Source: Phycisphaerales bacterium (lineage in GTDB: Bacteria; Planctomycetota; Phycisphaerae; Phycisphaerales; SM1A02). Taken from it: DNA of 64,000 bases. The position numbers and the translations under genes were made by a program. Below, in pieces: positions 8,849 to 17,456 of the stretch. Within the stretch, counting starts at the first letter, position 1. Each line of letters starts with the position of its first letter. The notes under the pieces are model-generated. The model saw nothing but the letters and a program-made list of their open reading frames with translations. It made no database searches and was not told where the DNA came from. Location of the stretch: contig SIAR01000010.1 in assembly GCA_009691705.1 (NCBI GenBank), positions 1,430 to 65,429 on the forward strand, read 5' to 3'.

Positions 8849-11800
8849 TCACTCGAGGCCAGGGGCGAATCCGCGGCGCATCGTGTTCTCGCAAACTGTG
8901 CGGGGCTCGACAAATTGCAAGAGATAGTGCGCTCCGCCTGCTTTGCTTCCAACGCCACTCATGCCAAAGCCGCCGAAGGGTTGCCGTCCAACAAGAGCGC
9001 CAGTGATTGCGCGGTTGAGATAAAGATTGCCCACGCGATACTCGCGCCGCGCTTTGGCGAGGTTTGATGGCTTGCGACTGAAGACCCCTCCAGTCAACTT
9101 GTACTGCGTGGCGTTAGCAACGCGCAGTGCCTCATCGAAGTTCTCGACGTGAATGACGGCGAGGACCGGTCCAAAGATTTCTTCGTTGGCAAGTCGATGA
9201 TCGGGGCGAATGCCCGAGATGATTGTTGGACCTACGAATGGTTTTCCGACCCGCGCCGCGAGTCCTTCAGGGATCGCAAGTTCGATTTCGAGCTTTCCTT
9301 CGCGCGCCCCCAACGCGATGTAGCTGCGAATTTTCTCTGCAGCGTCGCTGTCGATGACTGGGCCGACATCGGTGCTAGGCAAAAGTGGATCGCCCACAGT
9401 AAGCGTGCGGGTTGCTTCGATGAGCCGATGCAAGAAGCCATCATGCGCACTTCCGACGACGATCACGCGACTGCACGCCGAGCACTTCTGTCCAGAAAAA
9501 CCGAACGCAGATTGGCGAACAGCAACGACAGCCTCGTCGAGGTCAGCGCTCTCATCGACGATGATCGCATTCTTTCCACCCATTTCGCACACGACCTTCT
9601 TGACGAACTCCTGATTCGCGGGAGTGCGTCCTGATGCCTCGACGATGTCGAGCCCGACACCCTTCGATCCTGTGAAGGCGATGAGTGCGATGCGTGGATC
9701 GCGCACCAGCGCCGCACCGACCGTCTCGCCGAGTCCGGCGCAGAACGCCAGCGCATCCTTGGGGGCGCCAGCAGTCCAGAGAATCTCACACATCACTTTG
9801 GCGATGGCTGGAGTCTGCTCGGCAGGCTTGACGATGACGGTGTTGCCAGTGACCAGAGCCGCGACGGTCATTCCGCAGCAGATCGCCAGAGGAAAGTTCC
9901 ACGGGCTGATCACCGCCGCCACACCACGGGGTTGAAACCACTCTTCGTTGAGCTCACCTGTAAACGATCCGAGTCGCCTTGGATCAAAGAGTTGTGCCGC
10001 CTCACGCGCGTAGTACTCACAGAAGTCGATCGCCTCGCAGACGTCGCCGTCCGCTTCGCGCCAAGTCTTGCCCGCTTCGCGAATGATGATGCCGCAGAGT
10101 TCGTCGCGGCGGGCCCGCATCGCCGCACCAGCGCGTACAACCACGGCCGCGCGGTCTAAGAAGGGGGTATCGCGCCAGCGTGGAAATGCCGAGTGCAATC
10201 GCGCGACATGTTGCAGGGCCGCGTCAACCGTCGTGTCATTTGCAACTGTTGGCAGGGTCGTGGTGCTGACGACGGCCGCGAAGGTCTCCCGCTGGGCACG
10301 AATTGAAAAGTCGCGCAACGGCTCGCTAAAAAAAGCGCGTCCATCGGCGATCTCGGGATGTGATCGACTCAAACCATGTCGCTCGGGTCCTTGCGTGATT
10401 CGTTTGAGTCCATCGTCGCTGCCCGATCCAATGCCATCGGTTCGGTGGGGACTGGCTACGAGCACCGCGGCATCGGCGCCATCGGAGAATCCACTGCGAA
10501 GCCAACTCTCGTTGCTCGTGTTCTCGAGCAGGCGCCGCACGAGATACGCCATGCCCGGAATCATCTCGCCCACCGGCAGATACTCGCGCAGTCGAAGTCC
10601 ACGGGCGGTGACCGCCGACTTCAGCGCATCACCCATCCCGTGCAGCATTTGCAGTTCTAGCGCCGATGTTGGAAGCCCGGCGCGTTCGAGCATCGCCAGC
10701 GCAGCACCGATCGACCGCGCATTGTGGGTGCCGAGGGCGAGTTTGACTCCGCCCACGCCAACCGTGGCTGGGGTCGAAGAGATGAACCGCTGCGCCATGC
10801 GCTCGAAACACGCGTCGGTGTCGCGCTTGGCGCCCCAAACCGGAACCGGCCATCCAAACTGCTCTGCGTGAATTGTTTCGGAATCCCAGTATGCACCCTT
10901 GACCAACCGCACAGTCACAACGCGACCAGTGCGCTTGGACCAATCGATGATGCGCTGCGCATCTGTCTCGCCACTGCGCAAGTATGCCTGCATCGCGAGG
11001 CCCGCTGCGAATGGAACGCGCTCGCAGCACCGCATGAACAAGTCAAGGGTGAGATCTTTGAAGGCGTGATGCTCCATGTCGAAGTTGACGAAGACTCCGT
11101 GCCTGTGCGCGCTCTGCAAAATCGGCGTGAGTGCGTCAACAAGACCAGTGAGCGATCCAGAAAAATCAATTGGATCGGTGCGCGCGAAGAGCGACGAAAT
11201 CTTGATGGAGACGTTCGTTCTTGGAATCGCCCCGAGGTGATCGCTTTCGAGGTGCGGGTTGGGAGTCCACAGCGCAACCTCGCGGGGAAGGTTGCCAATG
11301 AGATCCATGTACTTCGCGCGGTACATGTGGGCCTCTTCATCGCTCAAGCACGCTTCGCCGAGCAGGTCGACGCTAAATGCCATCCCGTTGTCCCACAGTT
11401 TATTCAGAGTTGGAAGTGCGCTCTTGGCATCGCGACCGGCGATGAACTTGCTCGCCATCGATTCGATCTGTCCAGCCATGGTCTTGGCGACGAGTCCCTT
11501 GGCGAGACCACCCGCCCGAAGACCCATATCCAGACCAGGAGGAACCTTGAGCCCAGGCTTCGACATGAAGTCAACGAGATGGTCATAAATCGCATCCGAC
11601 GACTTCAGAGCGGGAAAGCAATCGACAAAGTGAAAGAGTTGCACTTTTAATTCAGCATCTTTCATCGACCACGCCATCAACTTGTCTGACCAGAACGCCG
11701 TGCTGAGCAGTCCGGCGCGATCATTGCGGGCGGCATTCAGGATCGCAAGCGCATGCACCTGGGCCTGCGACTCAAGTTGCGCGTCGCCGCCAAGCGGCGC

Positions 11801-11896
11801 AGGCGGCGTTGTGGCATCCGGCTTATGAGCAGCAGGAAGAACAGAGGAGTGCGATGCTTTGGTCGCGGACGGCTTGCGGCGAGTGAACAGACCCAT
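8849..11896 (-). CDS. putA: bifunctional proline dehydrogenase / L-glutamate gamma-semialdehyde (P5C) dehydrogenase, PutA-like, without an N-terminal DNA-binding domain
   Basis: The N-terminal half resembles a PRODH TIM barrel (VDLLGEACLSDEEA, VRLVKGAYWD). The C-terminal half is an aldehyde dehydrogenase (FTGS..VG, EMGGKNA, GQKCSACSR, PFGGF..SG). I trimmed the start to the ATG at 11896; the longer ORF would run into the upstream gene. Confidence 0.9.
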   Translation of the reverse strand: MGLFTRRKPSATKASHSSVLPAAHKPDATTPPAPLGGDAQLESQAQVHALAILNAARNDRAGLLSTAFWSDKLMAWSMKDAELKVQLFHFVDCFPALKSSDAIYDHLVDFMSKPGLKVPPGLDMGLRAGGLAKGLVAKTMAGQIESMASKFIAGRDAKSALPTLNKLWDNGMAFSVDLLGEACLSDEEAHMYRAKYMDLIGNLPREVALWTPNPHLESDHLGAIPRTNVSIKISSLFARTDPIDFSGSLTGLVDALTPILQSAHRHGVFVNFDMEHHAFKDLTLDLFMRCCERVPFAAGLAMQAYLRSGETDAQRIIDWSKRTGRVVTVRLVKGAYWDSETIHAEQFGWPVPVWGAKRDTDACFERMAQRFISSTPATVGVGGVKLALGTHNARSIGAALAMLERAGLPTSALELQMLHGMGDALKSAVTARGLRLREYLPVGEMIPGMAYLVRRLLENTSNESWLRSGFSDGADAAVLVASPHRTDGIGSGSDDGLKRITQGPERHGLSRSHPEIADGRAFFSEPLRDFSIRAQRETFAAVVSTTTLPTVANDTTVDAALQHVARLHSAFPRWRDTPFLDRAAVVVRAGAAMRARRDELCGIIIREAGKTWREADGDVCEAIDFCEYYAREAAQLFDPRRLGSFTGELNEEWFQPRGVAAVISPWNFPLAICCGMTVAALVTGNTVIVKPAEQTPAIAKVMCEILWTAGAPKDALAFCAGLGETVGAALVRDPRIALIAFTGSKGVGLDIVEASGRTPANQEFVKKVVCEMGGKNAIIVDESADLDEAVVAVRQSAFGFSGQKCSACSRVIVVGSAHDGFLHRLIEATRTLTVGDPLLPSTDVGPVIDSDAAEKIRSYIALGAREGKLEIELAIPEGLAARVGKPFVGPTIISGIRPDHRLANEEIFGPVLAVIHVENFDEALRVANATQYKLTGGVFSRKPSNLAKARREYRVGNLYLNRAITGALVGRQPFGGFGMSGVGSKAGGAHYLLQFVEPRTVCENTMRRGFAPGLE

Positions 11897-11924
11897 AGAG
11901 GTCAGCAAGTATAGGAACGGACAA

Positions 11925-13469
11925 TCAGTGCGCTGCGACCGCGCGATGCAGCGAGTCTGTGTGCAAGACCGAAAGGGCCTTGCGGTAACTGTCGAGGCAA
12001 CGCTTCGCGGCGCCATCCCAGGTGATTCCGCGCACTTCAAAGAGACCTCGGTCGCGCAATTCGGCGCGCAGCGGTGGATGGCGCAAGACCGCAACAATCT
12101 TGTTGGCGATCTCGTCGACATCCCAGAAATTCACCTTGAGCGCGTGCGTGAGCACCTCAGAGACTCCGGAGTTTCGGCTGATGATCACTGGAACACGGTG
12201 CCCCATCGCCTCGAGCGGAGCGATCCCAAATGGTTCTGAAACGCTGGGCATGACGTAGAGGTCGGCCAGCGAAAAGACGCGCTGGATATCTTTGCCGCGC
12301 AGAAAACCGGTGAATGTCATGCGACCGCCGATGCCCAGTTCTGCAGCCATTTCGATCATCTGCGTTGCCTGGTCGCCCGAGCCCGCGACGACGAAACGCA
12401 CATTGTCTTCGACTTCGAGCACGCGCTTCGCAGCACGAACAAAATACTCAGGACCCTTCTGCATCGTGATGCGTCCGAAGTAGAGCACGATGCGTTCGCT
12501 GCGCTCGATGCGCTTGATGCCGTACGCCGAAGGTTCGAGGTCGACACCGTTATAGACAACATCAATCTTGGCGGGAGAGATGCCATACCGATTCACGAGC
12601 AAGTTGCGCGTGAGCATGCTGACGGCGAGCACGCGTACTGCGGCGTGCATGCCGCGTCGTTCGATGTTGTAGACAGCTTGATTCACATGGTCGCCCGAAC
12701 GGTCGAACTCGGTTGCATGCACATGCACGACGAGCGGTCGACCGGTGAGTCGGGCGAGTGCGATGCCCGCGGGATAGGTCAGCCAATCATGGGCATGGAT
12801 GATGTCAAAGGGAAGCTTCTGCGCCGCGCGCACGCAGAAGTGGGCGTAGCGTTCAGCTTCAAGAATGAGATCACCGTCGTAGCCACCGGTGGGAGCTGTC
12901 GCAGCGTGCTCATTCGTCGACCCACGACTGATTGCTTCTGGAAGGGCACGTCGAATTGCGATGTCGACGGCCGATCGCTCACCTAGTGGTTGCTCTTGGA
13001 GTGATGTGAAAAACTGCTGAAACTCGGCATCGGTGAGCGAGTCGATATATTCGGCGAGAACCGGATCTGTTCCTGCGACGACATCAACAATCCGTCCGTG
13101 AGCAGTTCCAGAACAGTACGAACTCGCTGCCATCGCCGGCAAATCAAGGATGCGAATGCGCTCAGGAGTTCCTTGCCGCAACAGTTCCATGCGCCGACTC
13201 TCGACGCGACTCTTCGCCTCACTAGCGGGCAATTCAGCCAGCGGCACGGACTCGAGCACATCGCCCGCAGGTGGTGCGGTCCACGCAGCGGGCTCTGCAA
13301 CTTCAGTCGCTGGAGAAAGCAGCCGCACATGCGAAGAGTGCGACCGATCAATCGATCGTGGCAGCGCGAACGTGACATCGCAGCCGGCTTTCGTGAGTCC
13401 GCGCGTGAGTCCATGGCAGGCAGTGCCGAGTCCACCAGTGATGAATGGAGGAAACTCCCAGCCGAGCAT
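11925..13469 (-). CDS. GT4-type (glycogen-synthase-like) glycosyltransferase with a large internal insertion
   Basis: The N-terminus MLGWEFPPFITGGLGTACHGLTRGL and the C-terminal half (VMPSVSEPFGIAPLEAMGHRVPVI, an E-x7-E type block) are typical of retaining GT-B enzymes. About 150 residues separate the N-terminal Gly loop from HAHDWLTYPAG. The start is set at ATG 13469, 20 nt after the upstream stop. Confidence 0.75.
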   Translation of the reverse strand: MLGWEFPPFITGGLGTACHGLTRGLTKAGCDVTFALPRSIDRSHSSHVRLLSPATEVAEPAAWTAPPAGDVLESVPLAELPASEAKSRVESRRMELLRQGTPERIRILDLPAMAASSYCSGTAHGRIVDVVAGTDPVLAEYIDSLTDAEFQQFFTSLQEQPLGERSAVDIAIRRALPEAISRGSTNEHAATAPTGGYDGDLILEAERYAHFCVRAAQKLPFDIIHAHDWLTYPAGIALARLTGRPLVVHVHATEFDRSGDHVNQAVYNIERRGMHAAVRVLAVSMLTRNLLVNRYGISPAKIDVVYNGVDLEPSAYGIKRIERSERIVLYFGRITMQKGPEYFVRAAKRVLEVEDNVRFVVAGSGDQATQMIEMAAELGIGGRMTFTGFLRGKDIQRVFSLADLYVMPSVSEPFGIAPLEAMGHRVPVIISRNSGVSEVLTHALKVNFWDVDEIANKIVAVLRHPPLRAELRDRGLFEVRGITWDGAAKRCLDSYRKALSVLHTDSLHRAVAAH

Positions 13470-13489
13470 CAGTACACGCGGCGTAGTAG

Positions 13490-13939
13490 TCAATGCGAGT
13501 CTGCTCCCGACATGTCGCCGAGTTGGCGAAAGGTCGACTCGAATGCCAAGAAGTGCACCCGCACCTGCGCGCATGGCATGGCGTTAGGAAGAGTGCACTC
13601 GAAGACGTAGCACTTCGCCTCATCGCGAAAGTGCCGCACGGTAGGGGCCGCAGCGGAGCAATCCAAATCTTTTAGTTCTTCTTCGAAGAGTTCTTCGAGC
13701 GAATCGCGCGACTCAACGAGTTGCGACTCAATCGACTCGCTGAGCCAGCGGTCGGCGGTCGAAAGCGCGATGCGCCAGCCACTGGAAAGGGATTCGAGGG
13801 TGTATTGCGCGGGGGCTGCGGCATTCTTGGCATCGCCAACCACGCGCGCTCCCTCGAGTCGAATTGCAGCGAACACAGCGCAACATTTATCGTCGGTGGG
13901 TATCGATTGAATGAGCTGTTGTGAGTGGTTTGTGTCCAT
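13490..13939 (-). CDS. hypothetical acidic protein (149 aa)
   Basis: Trimmed to ATG 13939 (MDTNHSQQ...). It is divergent from prmC and co-directional with, and tightly spaced before, the glycosyltransferase and putA. I recognise no motif. Confidence 0.5.
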   Translation of the reverse strand: MDTNHSQQLIQSIPTDDKCCAVFAAIRLEGARVVGDAKNAAAPAQYTLESLSSGWRIALSTADRWLSESIESQLVESRDSLEELFEEELKDLDCSAAAPTVRHFRDEAKCYVFECTLPNAMPCAQVRVHFLAFESTFRQLGDMSGADSH

Positions 13940-13987
13940 AGAAGACCGGATTGGTGAGCCTACCGTAGATCGCGTTAGGATTGCGTT

Positions 13988-14995
13988 ATGGCAGAAACGT
14001 GGACCGTTCGCCGATTGCGCCTGTGGGTCAAGGATTATTTGGCCTCCCGCTGTGTTGAATCGCCCATGGTTTGCGCCGATTTGCTGATTGGGCACGTGCT
14101 CAAGTGCGATCGCGTGCGCCTGTACATGGATGTTGAGCGCGTCGCGCTCACCTCAGAACTCGAGCAGTTGCGCGCCCTCGTGCAACGCGCTGGTCGTCAC
14201 GAACCCGTGCAGTATCTCGTGGGGACGTGGAGTTTTTTTGGATGCGAGCTCGAGGTCGCGCCATCAACGCTGATTCCTCGCCCGGCGACCGAAGCACTCG
14301 TGAGCGAGGCGATCGATCGCTTGCGCGCGGTTGCCGCATCGTCTGCCGCATCGTCTGCCGCATCAAAGGAAGCAGAGACTCCACTTCGAATCGCCGATCT
14401 CTGCACCGGCACGGGATGCATCGCCATTGCAATCGGGCGGGCACTGCTGGCATCACGCGCCGGGCGGCGTCAACTCGCGTGGCAGGGGGTGGCACCGGCT
14501 GATCCTGTTGAACCCGTTGATGAGCCAGCGCATCGGCAAGTCGAGATCTTTGCAACCGAGTGCGTATCGGCGGCTGCGGAGCTTGCGAAGCGCAACGTCG
14601 CGGCGCACAGTTTGGGTGCGATCATCCACGTCGAAGAGGGAGATCTCGATGCGCCATTTTCAGGACGAAGCTTCGAAAACTCGTTCGATCTCGTCTGTGC
14701 GAATCCCCCCTACATCAGCGATGCAGAATGGGCAGACCTTGCAAAGAATGTGCGCGACTACGAGCCCGCCTCAGCCCTGCGCGGGGGATGTGACGGTCTC
14801 GACTTCGTGCGGCGGATCATCGCTGGCGCTTCGGGTTGGCTGAAGCCGGGCGGATCGCTACTCGTCGAAATCAGTGCAAGTCAGGGCGAACCAGCGCTGG
14901 CACTTGCCTGCGAAGCGCGATTGGTCGATGTGAAAATCTTGCTCGACCTTGAAGGGCATCCGCGGGTGTTGGCGGCCCGTGCCCGGGCGGTCTAG
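13988..14995 (+). CDS. prmC: peptide chain release factor N5-glutamine methyltransferase
   Basis: LIPRPATE, the SAM-binding DLCTGTGCIAIA and the catalytic NPPY (VCANPPYISD) are all present. At 335 aa it is longer than usual because of low-complexity inserts. Confidence 0.9.
   Translation: MAETWTVRRLRLWVKDYLASRCVESPMVCADLLIGHVLKCDRVRLYMDVERVALTSELEQLRALVQRAGRHEPVQYLVGTWSFFGCELEVAPSTLIPRPATEALVSEAIDRLRAVAASSAASSAASKEAETPLRIADLCTGTGCIAIAIGRALLASRAGRRQLAWQGVAPADPVEPVDEPAHRQVEIFATECVSAAAELAKRNVAAHSLGAIIHVEEGDLDAPFSGRSFENSFDLVCANPPYISDAEWADLAKNVRDYEPASALRGGCDGLDFVRRIIAGASGWLKPGGSLLVEISASQGEPALALACEARLVDVKILLDLEGHPRVLAARARAV
14333..14364. repeat. in-frame 12-bp tandem repeat (gccgcatcgtct, 2.7 copies) inside prmC
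   Basis: Read directly from the sequence. It encodes AASSAASSAAS in a linker of PrmC. Confidence 0.9.
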
Positions 14996-15001
14996 TCGGG
15001 T

Positions 15002-16501
15002 TTACGCAGGTGCGCCGAGCGCTTTGCGAACTTCTTCAAGCAGTACTTGCGCCTGAAACGGCTTGAAGAGAAAGTGATTCAACCCATCCTGCGTTGATCG
15101 GACGATGGAGTGATTGGGGTCATAGCCAAACCCAGTCATCATCACGAATGCAGTGTGCGGCGAATCGTCACGCGTGCCGCGAAACACCTCGTAGCCGTTG
15201 CGGTCTGGCATGCGAACATCAGAGATCACAAGGTCGAAGGGTCGTTTCTCTTCAGCCGTGCGACGGATGAGTTCGAGCGCGGCGCCACCATCGGCACGAT
15301 TCTCGACAAGTCCGCCCGCTTCCTGCAGAAGCCACTGGATCGTCTCACGCACTTGCGCATCGTCGTCAGCAACAAGAATGCGCTTTCCAGCGATGTACGG
15401 GTCGCGCGTGCGGTCGCGCGGAAGTCGGTCGATGCCAAGCACCGACTGCGGGCCAGCGGTTGCTCCGCGAATGCGCGCCGAGAGCATCTCAAGCGCGCGC
15501 TCGAGCGCTTCATATGCGCCGAGTTTTCCGACGGCGAGTTCGTGCGTCGCATCGCGCAGCCGTTGCTGCGGAACTGTGAGCTCGTCGCGCAACGTCTCTG
15601 AGACGCGCGCGCTCGTCGTCGATCGCTCCACGATCAACATGTCGAGAATGTTCAGTGCCATCGCTTGGTAGCGACCAAACGTCTCGAGTGCCATCCTGTC
15701 TTCATCAGTGAATGCATCGGCCTTCAGTGATTCGACGTTGACGACCCCGATCACACGGTCGCGCAGAAGCAGCGGGACGGTCAAACTCGAGCGTGCCCCA
15801 GGAAGTCCCGGCAGGTAGTGCGGATCTTGATCGAGATTGCGACCGATGTAACTCTCGCCAGACGAGGCAACCAGACCCGATATTCCGTTGCCGGCACCGC
15901 GGCCATAGATCGATTCGCCGATTCGCAACGGTTCGATGCCATGTCCCATCACGAGTTCGAGCTGTTCAGTCTTTCGATTGCGCAGCCGAACTTCAAAGGG
16001 ATGGTCGGCGAAGAGCACCCGCATGGTGTTAGAGATCTTGCCCTCGAGAAGGGCGAGCCGCTCGGCGACGTTGAGCGGGTTCACGATCTGCGCATCTAGG
16101 TCGAGCAAGTCGGCACCCGCCTGATCGATAGAGTCGAGCCGCTCACTGAGTCGTGTTCTGGCAGTCACGTCGAAGAGAATCCCAGTCGCGCGCTGTCCAG
16201 CTGCCATCGAAATCGTCAGGTCGAAGAAGAGTTCGCCCGATGCAAACCGCTTTCGCACGTGAGCGGTGGGCTCTCTCGAAAAATTCGCAGCCGCCTCGGC
16301 GCAGAGTTTGGTGAAGTGGCGAAGGGTCTCAGGCGAGTGCTCCGCCATGCGAGAATTCATCCAGACCACTTCGCCAGCCGCATCGACCACGCCAGCGCCC
16401 GCACCAACGTGTGCGAAGAAGTCGTTGGTCTCTGAGCGAACTGCCTGCGGGGCGGAATCAACCATGGGTCGAGCAAGTGTACGGTCGCTTACACTCGCCA
16501 T
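15002..16501 (-). CDS. PAS/GAF-domain response regulator (C-terminal receiver, no recognisable output domain)
   Basis: The C-terminus KRILVADDDAQVRETI...FDLVISDVRMPDRNGYEV...FLFKPF is a CheY-like receiver. The middle region (LVMGHGIEPLRIGESIY...SSLTVPLLLRDRVIGVVNVES) is GAF-like. The N-terminus (VVDAAGEVVWMNSRMAE) is PAS-like. The start is ambiguous, with ATGs at 16510, 16501 and 16465. Confidence 0.8.
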   Translation of the reverse strand: MASVSDRTLARPMVDSAPQAVRSETNDFFAHVGAGAGVVDAAGEVVWMNSRMAEHSPETLRHFTKLCAEAAANFSREPTAHVRKRFASGELFFDLTISMAAGQRATGILFDVTARTRLSERLDSIDQAGADLLDLDAQIVNPLNVAERLALLEGKISNTMRVLFADHPFEVRLRNRKTEQLELVMGHGIEPLRIGESIYGRGAGNGISGLVASSGESYIGRNLDQDPHYLPGLPGARSSLTVPLLLRDRVIGVVNVESLKADAFTDEDRMALETFGRYQAMALNILDMLIVERSTTSARVSETLRDELTVPQQRLRDATHELAVGKLGAYEALERALEMLSARIRGATAGPQSVLGIDRLPRDRTRDPYIAGKRILVADDDAQVRETIQWLLQEAGGLVENRADGGAALELIRRTAEEKRPFDLVISDVRMPDRNGYEVFRGTRDDSPHTAFVMMTGFGYDPNHSIVRSTQDGLNHFLFKPFQAQVLLEEVRKALGAPA

Positions 16502-16508
16502 TCTGCCC

Positions 16509-17456
16509 ATGATCGTTGTCGAAAGCGTGCACAAAGAGTTCGGTTCATTCACGGCGGTCTCGGATCTATCGTTTACTGTCGCTGCGGGATCGGTGTGCGG
16601 ATTTCTCGGTCCCAATGGGGCTGGCAAAACGACAACGATTCGGATGCTCGCTGGCGCGATTACGCCCACCCGAGGAACGCTCTCGATTGCCGGAGTCAAT
16701 GTCGCCAAAAATTCGCGGGAGGCCCGCAGAAAACTCGGCTACTTGCCCGAAGTGAATCCTCTTCCGGGCGAGCTCACGGTGAGTGAGTACTTGCGATTTC
16801 GCTGCGCGCTTTGGGGGGTTGAGCGCGCCGCCCGTCGCAGCGCAATCGACCGAGTGATTGAACTGTGTGGACTCGCCGAAGTGCGGCGAAAACTGCTCAG
16901 TGCGCTGAGTCGCGGCTTTCGACAGCGGGCCGGACTGGCCGCGGCACTCGTCGCCTCGCCCGCCGTGGTGATTCTCGATGAACCTGGCACGGGGCTCGAT
17001 CCATCCACTGCGGTTGCCTTTCGTGAACTCATTCGTTCGCTGCGCGGTGAACACACGGTGCTCTTCTCTAGCCACAATCTCGCCGAGGTTGAGGCGACCT
17101 GCGACCACCTCGTGCTGATTGGACGGGGCAGATTGATCGCGAGCGGAAGTGCCATCGATCTGCGACAGCAGGGGGCGGTGGGATTTCGCCTCGAGATTGA
17201 GGCGACCCGCTTCGACGCCGCTGCCATTCGCGCAGTCGTGGGAGTGGTGGCGGTTCAGACGCGTTCACTTGCGGATGGCTGGACTTGCATCGATGTTGAG
17301 ATTGATGGTGCCGCAGGAACAGTGCTCTCGACTGCCGTTGGACAGGCGATTCACACCGCGGGTGGAATCGTGCGGCGATTCGAAGCGGTGAATCCGCCGC
17401 TTGAGCAAATCTTTGAGCGACTCGTTGGTGCGAAGCGCGCGGAGCCGGTGCGATGA
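16509..17456 (+). CDS. ABC transporter ATP-binding protein (ABC-2/GldA-like)
   Basis: Trimmed to ATG 16509 (MIVVESVHKEFG...). Walker A (GPNGAGKTT), the signature LSRGFRQR and Walker B (VVILDEP) are present. The stop overlaps the next gene's start (ATGA). Confidence 0.92.
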   Translation: MIVVESVHKEFGSFTAVSDLSFTVAAGSVCGFLGPNGAGKTTTIRMLAGAITPTRGTLSIAGVNVAKNSREARRKLGYLPEVNPLPGELTVSEYLRFRCALWGVERAARRSAIDRVIELCGLAEVRRKLLSALSRGFRQRAGLAAALVASPAVVILDEPGTGLDPSTAVAFRELIRSLRGEHTVLFSSHNLAEVEATCDHLVLIGRGRLIASGSAIDLRQQGAVGFRLEIEATRFDAAAIRAVVGVVAVQTRSLADGWTCIDVEIDGAAGTVLSTAVGQAIHTAGGIVRRFEAVNPPLEQIFERLVGAKRAEPVR

